Below are positions 26,809 through 35,751 of a DNA stretch of 64,000 bases, piece after piece. Numbering within the stretch: the first letter of the stretch is position 1; each line of letters starts with the position of its first letter. The notes under the pieces are model-generated. The model ran no database searches, was not told where the DNA came from, and saw only the letters and a program-made list of their open reading frames with translations. The stretch lies in the sequence record PP496439.1; one strand, given 5' to 3'. The position numbers and the translations under genes were made by a program.

Positions 26809-27906
26809 ATGAACGATGATCTGAAAATCACAGAGGTTAACTCTGTGAAGGAATACGATGAACACGTAAGAAACCTGCTGGTTACCTTGTTGGGGCTCGG
26901 TTCTTCCGCCACCCGCAACGATCAAGGTACCCGCAAGCTCGGCGCCACGTCGATCAGCTTCAACCTGCTGTCGATGTACCCCTCGATCCCGATGACCACG
27001 CTACGCCCGATCTCGTGGGCCAGTATCCTCGGTGAGATGCTGGGTTTCATCCGGGGTGAGACCAATGTCGAAGCGTTCAAAGAACTGGGCACCAAAGTCT
27101 GGAATGCTAACGCTAAGGAACCCGCGTGGAAGAGCAATGCACTCGCACCTAACGAAGGTGACCTCGGACCAATCTATGGCAAGCAGTGGCGCAAGTGGGA
27201 TGACATCAAGGTAGCCCCCTATGACACTGATCTGTCCACGCTGGGCTACACAAAGATGGGCCGTCTGGACGATGAATTGGGATGGGAGACCGTAGGACTA
27301 CCGCTTAACGCGGTGTGGCGTCGTGAGGTTGACCAGTTGATGGAAGCCTTGAACCGCATCAAGGCCAACCCCAACGACCGCCGTGCCGTCATCTCGGCGT
27401 GGAATCCCGGTGACATGGATTTCATGGCTCTGCCACCCTGCCACGTGATGATGCAGCTGACCACGGTGCCTTACGCCCAGCACAAGTACGGCAGCTACAC
27501 AGATGGGGTCAACGAATACGAAGCTGACATCGAGGTAGTACCCGAGTTCGTACTCAATCTGGTCGTGACCCAGCGCAGCCAAGACACTCTGCTCGGTCGA
27601 GCGTACAACATCCCGGCGTATGCTACCCTGCTTCGCCTGTTCGCTCACCTGTTGGAAATGGCGCCGGGCAATCTGGAGTTCAACGTCGGCGACCAGCACC
27701 TGTACAGCAACCATGGGGCAGCCGCCGACGAGGTAACTTGCCGAGAAAGTCTGGACAAGGATGAGGAAGGCGAAAAGCTATTCCAACTCTCTATCGTCGG
27801 CGTGGACAAGTTCGAAGATTTGGACACCCTCACCGCCGACAACTTCATTCTGACTAATCAGGTTACGCATGGTAAGTTGGAATCCGACACCAAGATGACT
27901 GTGTAA
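26809..27906 (+). CDS. thyA: Thymidylate synthase
   Basis: DLGPIYGKQWR, NPNDRR, ALPPCH, QRSQD...YN (dUMP-specific Asn), GDQHLY. Confidence 0.93.
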   Translation: MNDDLKITEVNSVKEYDEHVRNLLVTLLGLGSSATRNDQGTRKLGATSISFNLLSMYPSIPMTTLRPISWASILGEMLGFIRGETNVEAFKELGTKVWNANAKEPAWKSNALAPNEGDLGPIYGKQWRKWDDIKVAPYDTDLSTLGYTKMGRLDDELGWETVGLPLNAVWRREVDQLMEALNRIKANPNDRRAVISAWNPGDMDFMALPPCHVMMQLTTVPYAQHKYGSYTDGVNEYEADIEVVPEFVLNLVVTQRSQDTLLGRAYNIPAYATLLRLFAHLLEMAPGNLEFNVGDQHLYSNHGAAADEVTCRESLDKDEEGEKLFQLSIVGVDKFEDLDTLTADNFILTNQVTHGKLESDTKMTV

Positions 27907-27917
27907 GGGGAATCGCC

Positions 27918-28655
27918 ATGAGCACCAATCCACCAATCAACGCCCGTATCCTCAACCTGAAACCCCGTTCCGTTCAAGTCTACGACTTGATTCTGGACGA
28001 CACGGATGATCGCACACTGCCCGAACAGATGCGAAGCGTGCTTCAAGGCATCTTCGACGACCATCCTGTAACCGAATATGGTGAGAAGAGTACGGTTATC
28101 GACACCGAGCACCTGACCAAAGCAACCATCGTCGCCGTGATCTACGACCCGAGCATCCGCGTCGCCTATTTGGTCGGGCAAGAGCGTCGGGACGAAATGA
28201 TCTCCGGCGTGTTCCCCGGTTCGCCGGCTAACCCTGACTTCTATCTGAGCACCGACGCTCAAGAGTGGACGTCGGCCTTCTTCAACATCAACGGCAACTG
28301 CCTGAAAGAACTGACCGAAGACACGTTGTTCGGCTGGTTCGCCAACGCCATCGAGCGTGGCAAGTCAGACGGCATCAGCGATACCTACAACACGCTGGGT
28401 ATCGTTCAGCCCGGCCTGCAAGGTATAAAGAAGGGCATCCCGCTGATGTCCCTGATCGAGGCCGGCATCATTCCGCACACTGCGTACTGGTCTGATCCGC
28501 AGGCGCCTGAATACGTCAAGTGGCTGGAGAAGCAAGGCCGGGTCGCTAAGCTCTGCGCACACGCCGACGCCATTGCGGCAGACGGCGCGGCAGCCCTGCT
28601 CGACGAGAAGCAGTCGTACGAATCTATCAACCCAAAGGAAGAGAAGGAGTCCTGA
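27918..28655 (+). CDS. Hypothetical protein
   Basis: GGGGA RBS; strong phage-like codon bias. Confidence 0.75.
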   Translation: MSTNPPINARILNLKPRSVQVYDLILDDTDDRTLPEQMRSVLQGIFDDHPVTEYGEKSTVIDTEHLTKATIVAVIYDPSIRVAYLVGQERRDEMISGVFPGSPANPDFYLSTDAQEWTSAFFNINGNCLKELTEDTLFGWFANAIERGKSDGISDTYNTLGIVQPGLQGIKKGIPLMSLIEAGIIPHTAYWSDPQAPEYVKWLEKQGRVAKLCAHADAIAADGAAALLDEKQSYESINPKEEKES

Positions 28656-28657
28656 TT

Positions 28658-29668
28658 ATGCAACAGTCATCTGGCCGTCAAGAGTTGTTCCTGACCCGCC
28701 CGGAAGAAGTACGGGTCCATTACATCGCCAACGGTGAGTCGGTAGACGAAGCCATGGTCGAAGTCCGGAAGATGTACCCCGGCATTCGGTCCCCGGACTA
28801 CTGGGTCACCCCCGGAGAAGACGCCACAGTTATCCTGATCTATATGCGCAGTGGTCAGGTAATCGTGGTGGACAACGAACATCTGCCGCGCTTCGTTATT
28901 CAGATTCCGCTGCGCGCAGACGGGTGCTTCGCCGTATCCCCAGACCATATCAATGGTATCGTCGAAGACCACGGGATCATGTTCGGTAACTTCGAGAACA
29001 ACACCGTCGCCAGCCTCAAGGTGAAAGGCACCGCGTTCCGAGTCCAAGGTGAATCCGGCTGCATTGATCCTGCTGCGTTCCGACATGACCTCGGTGAAAC
29101 GTACGCCATCGAGAATGCCAAGGACAAGATGTATGCGCTGGAAGGTTATGCGCTGGCACGCATGCTGGGGCTGGCCGGATTGACCACGGTGGATACCACT
29201 GCCGAGTACCAGACGGGCTTCACCCTCGATGGCAAGCAACAGATCATGTTCCCCGACTACGCCACACGGGAACCAGACGGGGGTATGGACATGGACGAGG
29301 TGGAAGAAGGCATTGATCAGACTACCGAGTGTCTGAACGCAATCGTCCGAGCGGCTGAGAAGTGCTGGAGCGCAACGGTAGAGAGCGGCGGCGACCGGAT
29401 GACGCAGGCCGTGGTGTTCCCCGGATTGCACGATGAATTGCTTCAGAAGGAAATGGGCACCTATCTGCTTGACCTAAATGGTCGCGTGCAGGAAGTCACT
29501 GAGAACAAAGCCATGTTCTTCCAGTGCACCATCCCCGGCAGGCACGGTATCCATCTGGTCCTGATGAACAAGGAGATCGGTGCGACGATGTATCCCGGCG
29601 AAGATGGCTACTTCCAGTTGTCTCGGAACTTCCCGATGACCAACTGCTTCGTTACTGACCTGCCGTAA
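28658..29668 (+). CDS. Multidomain protein with a central N4 Gp49/Sf6 gp66 (PF13876)-like domain
   Basis: VSPDHINGIV...FRVQGESGCIDPAAFRHDLGETYAIENAKDKMYALEGYAL fits GES.C..P..F...G...A..NA..K...LEGY.L. Confidence 0.75.
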   Translation: MQQSSGRQELFLTRPEEVRVHYIANGESVDEAMVEVRKMYPGIRSPDYWVTPGEDATVILIYMRSGQVIVVDNEHLPRFVIQIPLRADGCFAVSPDHINGIVEDHGIMFGNFENNTVASLKVKGTAFRVQGESGCIDPAAFRHDLGETYAIENAKDKMYALEGYALARMLGLAGLTTVDTTAEYQTGFTLDGKQQIMFPDYATREPDGGMDMDEVEEGIDQTTECLNAIVRAAEKCWSATVESGGDRMTQAVVFPGLHDELLQKEMGTYLLDLNGRVQEVTENKAMFFQCTIPGRHGIHLVLMNKEIGATMYPGEDGYFQLSRNFPMTNCFVTDLP

Positions 29669-29727
29669 TAGGCCTGTTCTAGCTACTTCCAAGTATTGAA
29701 TGAATAGTTTTTCACTTGGAGGTAGCT

Positions 29728-30138
29728 ATGAAAAGCCGGGTAGGGATTCCGGTCGGGGAAACCTTGGTTTTCGAAGACAGGACCAATGCCAACAATCTTG
29801 GTCAGCTCTATAAGATCACCGTTAAGAATGTGACATTCCACCACATTCAAGGTGAACTTGCCCGGACCGTCGAATTGTGTATGGAGATTGTGGATGGGAA
29901 AGGTGTTGTCGCTCGGCAACAGACTTTCTTCACCCAGCAGAACAGTCCTTTCCCGTTTGGTAAGCTCTCGCTAACCGTGGGGATGGTCAGCAAGTCAAGA
30001 GTCAGCAAGTCCATGGTAATCCTGGCCTGCATTCACCCGCACTGGATGAAAGTGTACCCGGAGAACCAAAGCTTCCCGCTCACCACGCGGGACGTGATCA
30101 ACCATGAGCCTGAGTTGAAAGCCCACGCATGTGTATAA
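29728..30138 (+). CDS. Beta-rich hypothetical protein with weak CsrA-like segments
   Basis: GGAGG RBS; PVGETLVFED and VILACIHPHWMKVYPEN are reminiscent of CsrA ends. Confidence 0.65.
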   Translation: MKSRVGIPVGETLVFEDRTNANNLGQLYKITVKNVTFHHIQGELARTVELCMEIVDGKGVVARQQTFFTQQNSPFPFGKLSLTVGMVSKSRVSKSMVILACIHPHWMKVYPENQSFPLTTRDVINHEPELKAHACV

Positions 30139-30150
30139 GCAGCGACCCAC

Positions 30151-30180
30151 GCCCGCCCCGGTAGCCCCGAGGTGGGCTTT
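30151..30180 (+). terminator. Terminator-like hairpin, near-duplicate of 15339-15372
   Basis: GCCCGCCCCGGTAGCCCCGAGGTGGGCTTT. Confidence 0.6.
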
Positions 30181-30219
30181 CCCGTTTTAGGGTCTTGGAA
30201 AATATTTTATACTGCCCAC

Positions 30220-30248
30220 TTGACACTATGAAATATACCTGACATAAT
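30220..30248 (+). promoter_or_regulatory. Sigma70-type early promoter (TTGACA-17-CATAAT, TGn)
   Basis: Direct inspection; AT-rich upstream region. Confidence 0.75.
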
Positions 30249-30337
30249 GGTGCCATGCTGGGGCTTCATGGGCTGGTAAACAATGATGCCAGCAACCCCA
30301 CCATCACCACTACCGATGTCCTTTAGGAGATGCACCG

Positions 30338-32260
30338 ATGTCCAATACTTCCAAGGTTACCGCGCTGTCCACCTTCAAGATTTCCAAACTGACCCAATCG
30401 ATTTTGGATATCCTGAAGAAAGATGGCTCGATGTCGCTCAGCGAATACGGCGAGCTGCCGTTGCAGGTGGGTTTGGCAACCGAGGTATTGCTTCACGCTG
30501 ATTGCCCCGCCAATACAGTGTTCAGCATCAAGGGCCGTTCCGTCGGTCGCTACGTTGAACTGACTCATCTCGATGTGGCCGACAAGATCAAGCCGGACCC
30601 ACTCGCCAGCATCGGTGCCACCAGCGCCGCTCAGGTACCCGCAGCATTCGACGGCGAAATCAAACTGATGTATCTCGCCATCCCTACTACCACCGAAATG
30701 GATGCAGACGGCCTGCTCGAATACGTCGAAGAGATGATCGACACCATTCGCGAATCGCTCGTTTCCGAAGGCTACTCCCCCGAGGAGCGTGAGACGCTGA
30801 TCGGCGTGCACAAAGACTTCGTCGAGCATACCAGTGAAGTGCACGTGTTCATCGATCTGGACATCCTCGAAGATGCGAAGTACAGCGTCACTCTCGATGA
30901 GTACTTCGAAGCTGATGCCTACGAGAAGTTCGACAGCGACGAGTACGACGAGAAGTATCGCTTGCCTGAACTGTTGCGCGGCCTGCCAGATGACGTCATG
31001 CTGCAACTGGCGGCGAAGCTCGACATCAAGAAGGGCACCACCAAGAAGTCGAAGCTGACCACGGCCAGCATCACCGAGGCCATCCTCAAGCTCGACACCG
31101 AAGTCGTCAAAGCGGCCATCTCCGAGCTGATCGATCCGGCTGCTGTCGAAACCACGGAAGGCGCCGACGCCGACTTGGCCGAGACCCTCAGCGGCTTGAC
31201 GGCCAAGCAACTGCGTGAGGTGGCAGAGCACATGGAGCTGGAAGTCGGCAAGAAGGACAAGTCCGAAGCCATCACCACGCTGATCCTCGCCGAAGAAGAA
31301 GGCGACGTGATCGATGCACTGGACGCACTGGGCTTGCTGGAAGATGAGACCCCGGAAGGCGGCGGTGTTTCCGAGGAAGAATCGTTGGAGGACATCCTGA
31401 AAGGTCTGGACGACGCCGACGTTCGTGCCACGGCCAAAGCGTTGAAGCTGACCGTGCCGAAGAAGACAACGCTGGAAGGTGTTATCGCCCTGTTGCTGGA
31501 AGAAGATGCGAACGACGTAGCGGAAGCGCTGGTTGATCTGGGCTTCGTCGAAGCGGAGGAAGAAGAGGAGCAACCGGAAACTCCACCGGCTGACGACGAG
31601 GAAGAAGAGGAGCAGGAAGAAGAGGAGGAAGAGGAACTCGACACCGTGGAGCTGGAGAACGCACTGGCCGAGCTGGACGTTGACCAGATGATCGAAGTGG
31701 CCGAGACGATGGAGCTGGAGCTGCCGAAGAAATCGACACTGGCAACCCTGACCAAGGTGATCATGGACTCCGTGACCGACGCTGCAACGCTGGAAGCGGC
31801 GACCGATGCAGTGGGCGAAGCGGCTGGCGAGGGTGAGGAAGGTGAGGGTGAGGAAGGTGAGTCGCTGGAAACGTTGTACAGCGTGCTGGCCGATCTGAAG
31901 GCAACCCGTGGCAATGCGGCAACCCGTAAGGAAGCACTGGCCGAGATGTCGGAAACCGACTTGACCGAAGCCAAGCGCAAAGACGTGGTCGCCCTGTTCG
32001 CCATCGCCGAGATGACCGAGCTGGACGAAGACGCTCAGGAGTTGATCGCTCGACTGGCCGGTGAAGAGTCGGAGCTGAACGAAACCGTGCTGGGTTACTT
32101 CACCAAGGTGTTCGCCAAGCTGATCGCTGACGACGCCCCGGAAGAAGTGGCAACGCCGAAGCCGACTGGCAAAGGTAAATTGGCAGGCACTGTCACTGCC
32201 AACGCAGCCAAACCGGCGGGCAAGGGTCCAACCACCCGCAAGCCAGCCAGCAAGAAGTAA
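30338..32260 (+). CDS. Very acidic 640-aa protein with 4-5 helix-extension-helix (Rho-N/SAP/LEM-like) repeats
   Basis: Repeats such as LSGLTAKQLREVAEHMELEVGKK, LKGLDDADVRATAKALKLTVPKK and LAELDVDQMIEVAETMELELPKK; poly-E linkers; AGGAG RBS. Confidence 0.85.
   Translation: MSNTSKVTALSTFKISKLTQSILDILKKDGSMSLSEYGELPLQVGLATEVLLHADCPANTVFSIKGRSVGRYVELTHLDVADKIKPDPLASIGATSAAQVPAAFDGEIKLMYLAIPTTTEMDADGLLEYVEEMIDTIRESLVSEGYSPEERETLIGVHKDFVEHTSEVHVFIDLDILEDAKYSVTLDEYFEADAYEKFDSDEYDEKYRLPELLRGLPDDVMLQLAAKLDIKKGTTKKSKLTTASITEAILKLDTEVVKAAISELIDPAAVETTEGADADLAETLSGLTAKQLREVAEHMELEVGKKDKSEAITTLILAEEEGDVIDALDALGLLEDETPEGGGVSEEESLEDILKGLDDADVRATAKALKLTVPKKTTLEGVIALLLEEDANDVAEALVDLGFVEAEEEEEQPETPPADDEEEEEQEEEEEEELDTVELENALAELDVDQMIEVAETMELELPKKSTLATLTKVIMDSVTDAATLEAATDAVGEAAGEGEEGEGEEGESLETLYSVLADLKATRGNAATRKEALAEMSETDLTEAKRKDVVALFAIAEMTELDEDAQELIARLAGEESELNETVLGYFTKVFAKLIADDAPEEVATPKPTGKGKLAGTVTANAAKPAGKGPTTRKPASKK
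31829..31861 (+). repeat. 15-nt in-frame tandem repeat (GAGGGTGAGGAAGGT x2.2, EGEEG)
   Basis: Direct inspection. Confidence 0.8.
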
Positions 32261-32280
32261 CTGACTGACCCGCAGCAACG

Positions 32281-32307
32281 TGCCCCGGTTTCGACTGGGG
32301 CATTTTT
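32281..32307 (+). terminator. Rho-independent terminator
   Basis: TGCCCC/GGGGCA stem plus T5. Confidence 0.8.
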
Positions 32308-32340
32308 CTCTCAAGCCCAACTGTCCCATTGAGGTGATCC

Positions 32341-32754
32341 ATGTTCAAGCATTATGTGTCTGGTCCTAGCAGTAACGAAACCGCCGATCTTCCCCCTCAC
32401 CTGGATCACTGGTATAAGCACTCGATCAAGGTGCTGCGCATGCTGTGGACGGTTAAGTCAACCCCCGAGCAGATGAAGGAGCGTCGGGTAGCTCATGGAT
32501 CTATCGAGCTGACGGAACTGAAATCTCAGGAAGGCGAAGAGGTAGGAATCCACGGGTACACGTACCCGATGCCAGACCGCTACCTGATTCACATAGGTAA
32601 CTGGGCGGTGTATCGCGGCAAGCATCCGAGCAACGAGATCAGGGATTGGCTGCACCCGGACCATTCCCATGAGGTGTACGAGTTCACCACGATCAATGAA
32701 GCATTTGCCTTCCTCGCCCTTTTCACCGCCGACAAGATCTGCGTCCAACGCTGA
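32341..32754 (+). CDS. Hypothetical protein
   Basis: CTGTCCCATTGAGGT leader/RBS. Confidence 0.75.
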   Translation: MFKHYVSGPSSNETADLPPHLDHWYKHSIKVLRMLWTVKSTPEQMKERRVAHGSIELTELKSQEGEEVGIHGYTYPMPDRYLIHIGNWAVYRGKHPSNEIRDWLHPDHSHEVYEFTTINEAFAFLALFTADKICVQR

Positions 32755-32783
32755 TCCACTCCCTGTCCCAATGAGGTGTCACC

Positions 32784-33020
32784 ATGCCAATGTCATTCCC
32801 AGATATGCAGTCCCTGATCAACCGTGCCGAACAACGAGGCTTCCGTCGCCCGCTCAAAGCGGAAACCGAAGAGGAGTTCCGCAACGCGCTGGCAGACCAC
32901 ATGCTTCACATCGACCGGGTGGAATCCGCGGAGATCCGTTCGGGCAAAGGCTGGGACCAGCAAGACCAGCGCTCCATGCTGTCGGCCATGGGAATCGATC
33001 TCAAGGATTTTGAGCTGTGA
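32784..33020 (+). CDS. Small hypothetical protein
   Basis: CTGTCCCAATGAGGT leader/RBS. Confidence 0.75.
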   Translation: MPMSFPDMQSLINRAEQRGFRRPLKAETEEEFRNALADHMLHIDRVESAEIRSGKGWDQQDQRSMLSAMGIDLKDFEL

Positions 33021-33310
33021 TCCGGGCGCTGCTGGTGCTGGCATTGGCTGGCGTACTGGCGGGCTGTGCGGGCAACCAATACGAGCCGTCGCAGGCGGCC
33101 GTTTACGGGGATTGCCGGACCCAAACCATACCAACGGTGGGCCATGGGCGGTACGAAGCGCCTGCGACGGCTCAGGAGCCCGTGGGCGGCGTGTACTATG
33201 ACCCGGAACTGGTCGCCATGCGCCCCAGCTTCGGCACTTCCGAGACCATGCGGCGTGTCCTGCCACTGATCCGCATCTTGATCGGTCCGACTTCCGACAT
33301 CTATTTTTGA
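33017..33310 (+). CDS. Small lipoprotein
   Basis: MIRALLVLALAGVLAG-C lipobox. Confidence 0.75.
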   Translation: MIRALLVLALAGVLAGCAGNQYEPSQAAVYGDCRTQTIPTVGHGRYEAPATAQEPVGGVYYDPELVAMRPSFGTSETMRRVLPLIRILIGPTSDIYF

Positions 33311-33318
33311 GGTGACAC

Positions 33319-34539
33319 ATGAACAACAATTCTGAATCTTTCGCTTTCGCGGAAGGCGGTGCAGACGAGCTGGCTAGGCTGATCAACCAAGAGATCGCGG
33401 AATGCCAGTCCATGGGCGCTGATGAAGGTTCGTTCGCCATTCACACGGTGGGACGCTATCAGGTACAGATTCGTGTCACCCGCGAATACGACAACAAGCT
33501 CGACACTCTTATGCCGGGTGTGGCAGTCCCCGCGTCGGACGAAGCCGAAGAATCGGATGACGACGAGGAAGAAGATGACGATGCGGACAACGAGGAAGAG
33601 CTGGCCGCATTCATCAAGGACGACGAAGATCGGGAGGAACGTGAAGAAGAGGAAGCGTTCGACCGGGAAGTGCATGACGAGATCATGGCCGGTCAGGACA
33701 GTCGGAACGTGGAAGAGCTGCGCACACCGCTGCTGGAACTGTCCATGCTAGGTCTTGTGACGTTGCGTAACCATCTGGAAAAGTCTGTAGGGAAACAATC
33801 CACTGCCGGGCTCTTCTTCACCCTCATGGGCAAGGAAGACCGTGTGGATGCAATTCTTGACTCCTACACGTCCGAGCAGATCACCGCAGCACTCGAAGCC
33901 GTTGGGCTGACTAAACCTCACCCTGACCGTGACGTAGAAGAACTGTTCGGGGAGACGGAAGACCTGGCGGCTGGAATCCAGAGCGAGGAAGAACTGGAGC
34001 GTCTGGAGGAAGCCCAGTACAGAGAGTTCCCTTCGCCCGAGGGTTACAACAAGGAGCAGACCGAGATTGCTGACATGCTGGTCAATAAGTCGGGTTCTAC
34101 CTTGAACTTGATCCACCGTGGCCTGAAGACGATGAGTCTGGATGAGTCGCCGTTTGACCCCATGACCAAGGTGAAGCGGATTCGTGCCATCCTTGCATAT
34201 CCAGTAGGTCATATCCGGGCTGTGATTAGATCTAGCAATCTGGATACGCGGACCGACTTCGAACGCCACGACCCGGACCACGCTCTGGTCACCAGTGCCA
34301 CCCGCACCAAAGAGCGGTGTGTCCAGTTGGCTAAGCTATCCCGTGAAGACCTGTTTCGACTAATCGAACTTATCGAGCAAGGCGAGGGTCAGGCAGGTAT
34401 CGTCACAACGGCGGGCACTCATATCTCCACACTCATCGATCATCTGGTGGACTACTACACCCACGCTCAGGTGCAGTCTGCGGCTAAGGAACTGGGCATC
34501 AAACTGGCGTCGGCCCCCGTAAAGGGTTCAGAGCTGTGA
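33319..34539 (+). CDS. Acidic multidomain hypothetical protein with HEH-like helical units
   Basis: GAGGT RBS; D/E-rich linker. Confidence 0.75.
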   Translation: MNNNSESFAFAEGGADELARLINQEIAECQSMGADEGSFAIHTVGRYQVQIRVTREYDNKLDTLMPGVAVPASDEAEESDDDEEEDDDADNEEELAAFIKDDEDREEREEEEAFDREVHDEIMAGQDSRNVEELRTPLLELSMLGLVTLRNHLEKSVGKQSTAGLFFTLMGKEDRVDAILDSYTSEQITAALEAVGLTKPHPDRDVEELFGETEDLAAGIQSEEELERLEEAQYREFPSPEGYNKEQTEIADMLVNKSGSTLNLIHRGLKTMSLDESPFDPMTKVKRIRAILAYPVGHIRAVIRSSNLDTRTDFERHDPDHALVTSATRTKERCVQLAKLSREDLFRLIELIEQGEGQAGIVTTAGTHISTLIDHLVDYYTHAQVQSAAKELGIKLASAPVKGSEL

Positions 34540-35084
34540 ACAGTAGAGGGAAGCAACTCATTCGGGCGATCACTCTGATCGAGATACGTAGAAGCCGAGA
34601 GTACCAGTTGATCAAGAAAGCCTACGGTACTCAAGTGGCACATCGTAGTCAGGTACCGTTGACCAATCATATCGACGAGGGTTTGCAGGTGTTATACGAT
34701 CTGCATGCGGACCCACATACCATGAAAGCGTTCTGCTTGCATCCGTTGCTGCAAGACTACGACATGCTGGAGCTGCACTGGCGCAAGCTGACAGGTGACC
34801 GACTGGTTAGCCGAGAAGCTCTAGTGTTGGCAATGGAGTATCGGCGTGCGGCTAACACGTATCTGTGCAGGCCAGAGACCGATGGGTATTCGTTGGAGGA
34901 CGCTCAAAAGGCTATCGGGTTGTTGCTCCCCGAAGTGAGACAGATGCTGATAGCGGACAAGCGACAGAATCAAAAGGACTTCCTCATTCATCACGCGGAG
35001 ACCCACCCACGTCGGAATCAGCTTGACGTCTACTTCAAACGATGGTTACTTATCTTGGAGGGACCACCCAGTGGAAAGCCCTGA
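34536..35084 (+). CDS. Divergent HD-domain protein, possibly RelA/SpoT-hydrolase (SAH/Mesh1)-like
   Basis: AYGTQVAHRSQVPLTNHIDE, AFCLHPLLQD and LIADKRQN loosely fit the HD_4 layout; canonical HD is replaced by HP. Confidence 0.5.
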   Translation: MNSRGKQLIRAITLIEIRRSREYQLIKKAYGTQVAHRSQVPLTNHIDEGLQVLYDLHADPHTMKAFCLHPLLQDYDMLELHWRKLTGDRLVSREALVLAMEYRRAANTYLCRPETDGYSLEDAQKAIGLLLPEVRQMLIADKRQNQKDFLIHHAETHPRRNQLDVYFKRWLLILEGPPSGKP

Positions 35085-35274
35085 CCTTATCTTCCCCGAC
35101 GGAATGCCCACCACGCCGCAAGGTTGGGACTGCTACATTCTGATGCTTCGGATGTTGATGACCCGACAGGAGGTGGCAATGGAAAAGGAAATGAAGGCAC
35201 TGCGCCGCCATCGGGCATTAACATATGCCGAAGAACCGATGTTCCCCGTTTACGACCCTGCTGATCACTATTGA
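35071..35274 (+). CDS. Small hypothetical protein
   Basis: GGAGGG RBS before GTG 35071. Confidence 0.6.
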   Translation: MESPDLIFPDGMPTTPQGWDCYILMLRMLMTRQEVAMEKEMKALRRHRALTYAEEPMFPVYDPADHY

Positions 35275-35283
35275 TCGAACCTG

Positions 35284-35315
35284 AACCCGCCGGTCCCAAG
35301 CCGTGCGGGTTTTTT
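35284..35315 (+). terminator. Rho-independent terminator
   Basis: AACCCGC/GCGGGTT stem plus T run. Confidence 0.8.
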
Positions 35316-35368
35316 CGTCTCCAGCGTCCGGTAAATGAGACGTATAAATCCACACTGGAGTCAATACA

Positions 35369-35563
35369 ATGAGACGTCCTTGGCGATTCATCGGTGCCTT
35401 ATTTTTCACCTTCTGCTTTCTCCTCTTTGCCATGGGCATGGGGTCTGCCATCACAACAGCGGGTTCTGAATACCCCAAACTGATAGGGATTACCTTTTCC
35501 CTTTTAACGACAACCCTGATTGCCATCTTGTGGCAGTACGTCCGTGACGGGGAGGACTTATGA
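35369..35563 (+). CDS. Small two-TM membrane protein
   Basis: GGAG RBS; two hydrophobic segments. Confidence 0.65.
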   Translation: MRRPWRFIGALFFTFCFLLFAMGMGSAITTAGSEYPKLIGITFSLLTTTLIAILWQYVRDGEDL

Positions 35564-35751
35564 AGCGCTTTCTAGTCATCATGATCTTTACGATAGGCTA
35601 CCCTCTGTTCCTCGAAGCATTAGTGGAAGCAGACGGGACTGTCGTGCACGTACCCTTTCTCTTGAAGCTGGTACTGCAAGTTGTTGTGTTCTTCCACGCG
35701 GCTAGTTCTTATGACATGCTGTTTCCAGAGGGTAGAGTCCGTGGCCGTTAA
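35560..35751 (+). CDS. Small two-TM membrane protein
   Basis: GGAGG RBS; overlapping start and stop. Confidence 0.65.
   Translation: MKRFLVIMIFTIGYPLFLEALVEADGTVVHVPFLLKLVLQVVVFFHAASSYDMLFPEGRVRGR

Noticed and set aside
26809-27906. ThyA homolog as a dCMP/dUMP hydroxymethylase or other base-modifying enzyme
   Set aside because: It retains the dUMP-specifying Asn (GRAYN) and the canonical PCH, RS.D and H.Y motifs, and DHFR is present, consistent with ordinary thymidylate synthase.
35289-35302. GCCGGTCCCAAGCC resembles the P4 region of twister ribozymes
   Set aside because: The other conserved twister elements (upstream UAA cleavage loop pairing, downstream GAGGG) are missing, and the sequence is explained as the stem-loop of a terminator.
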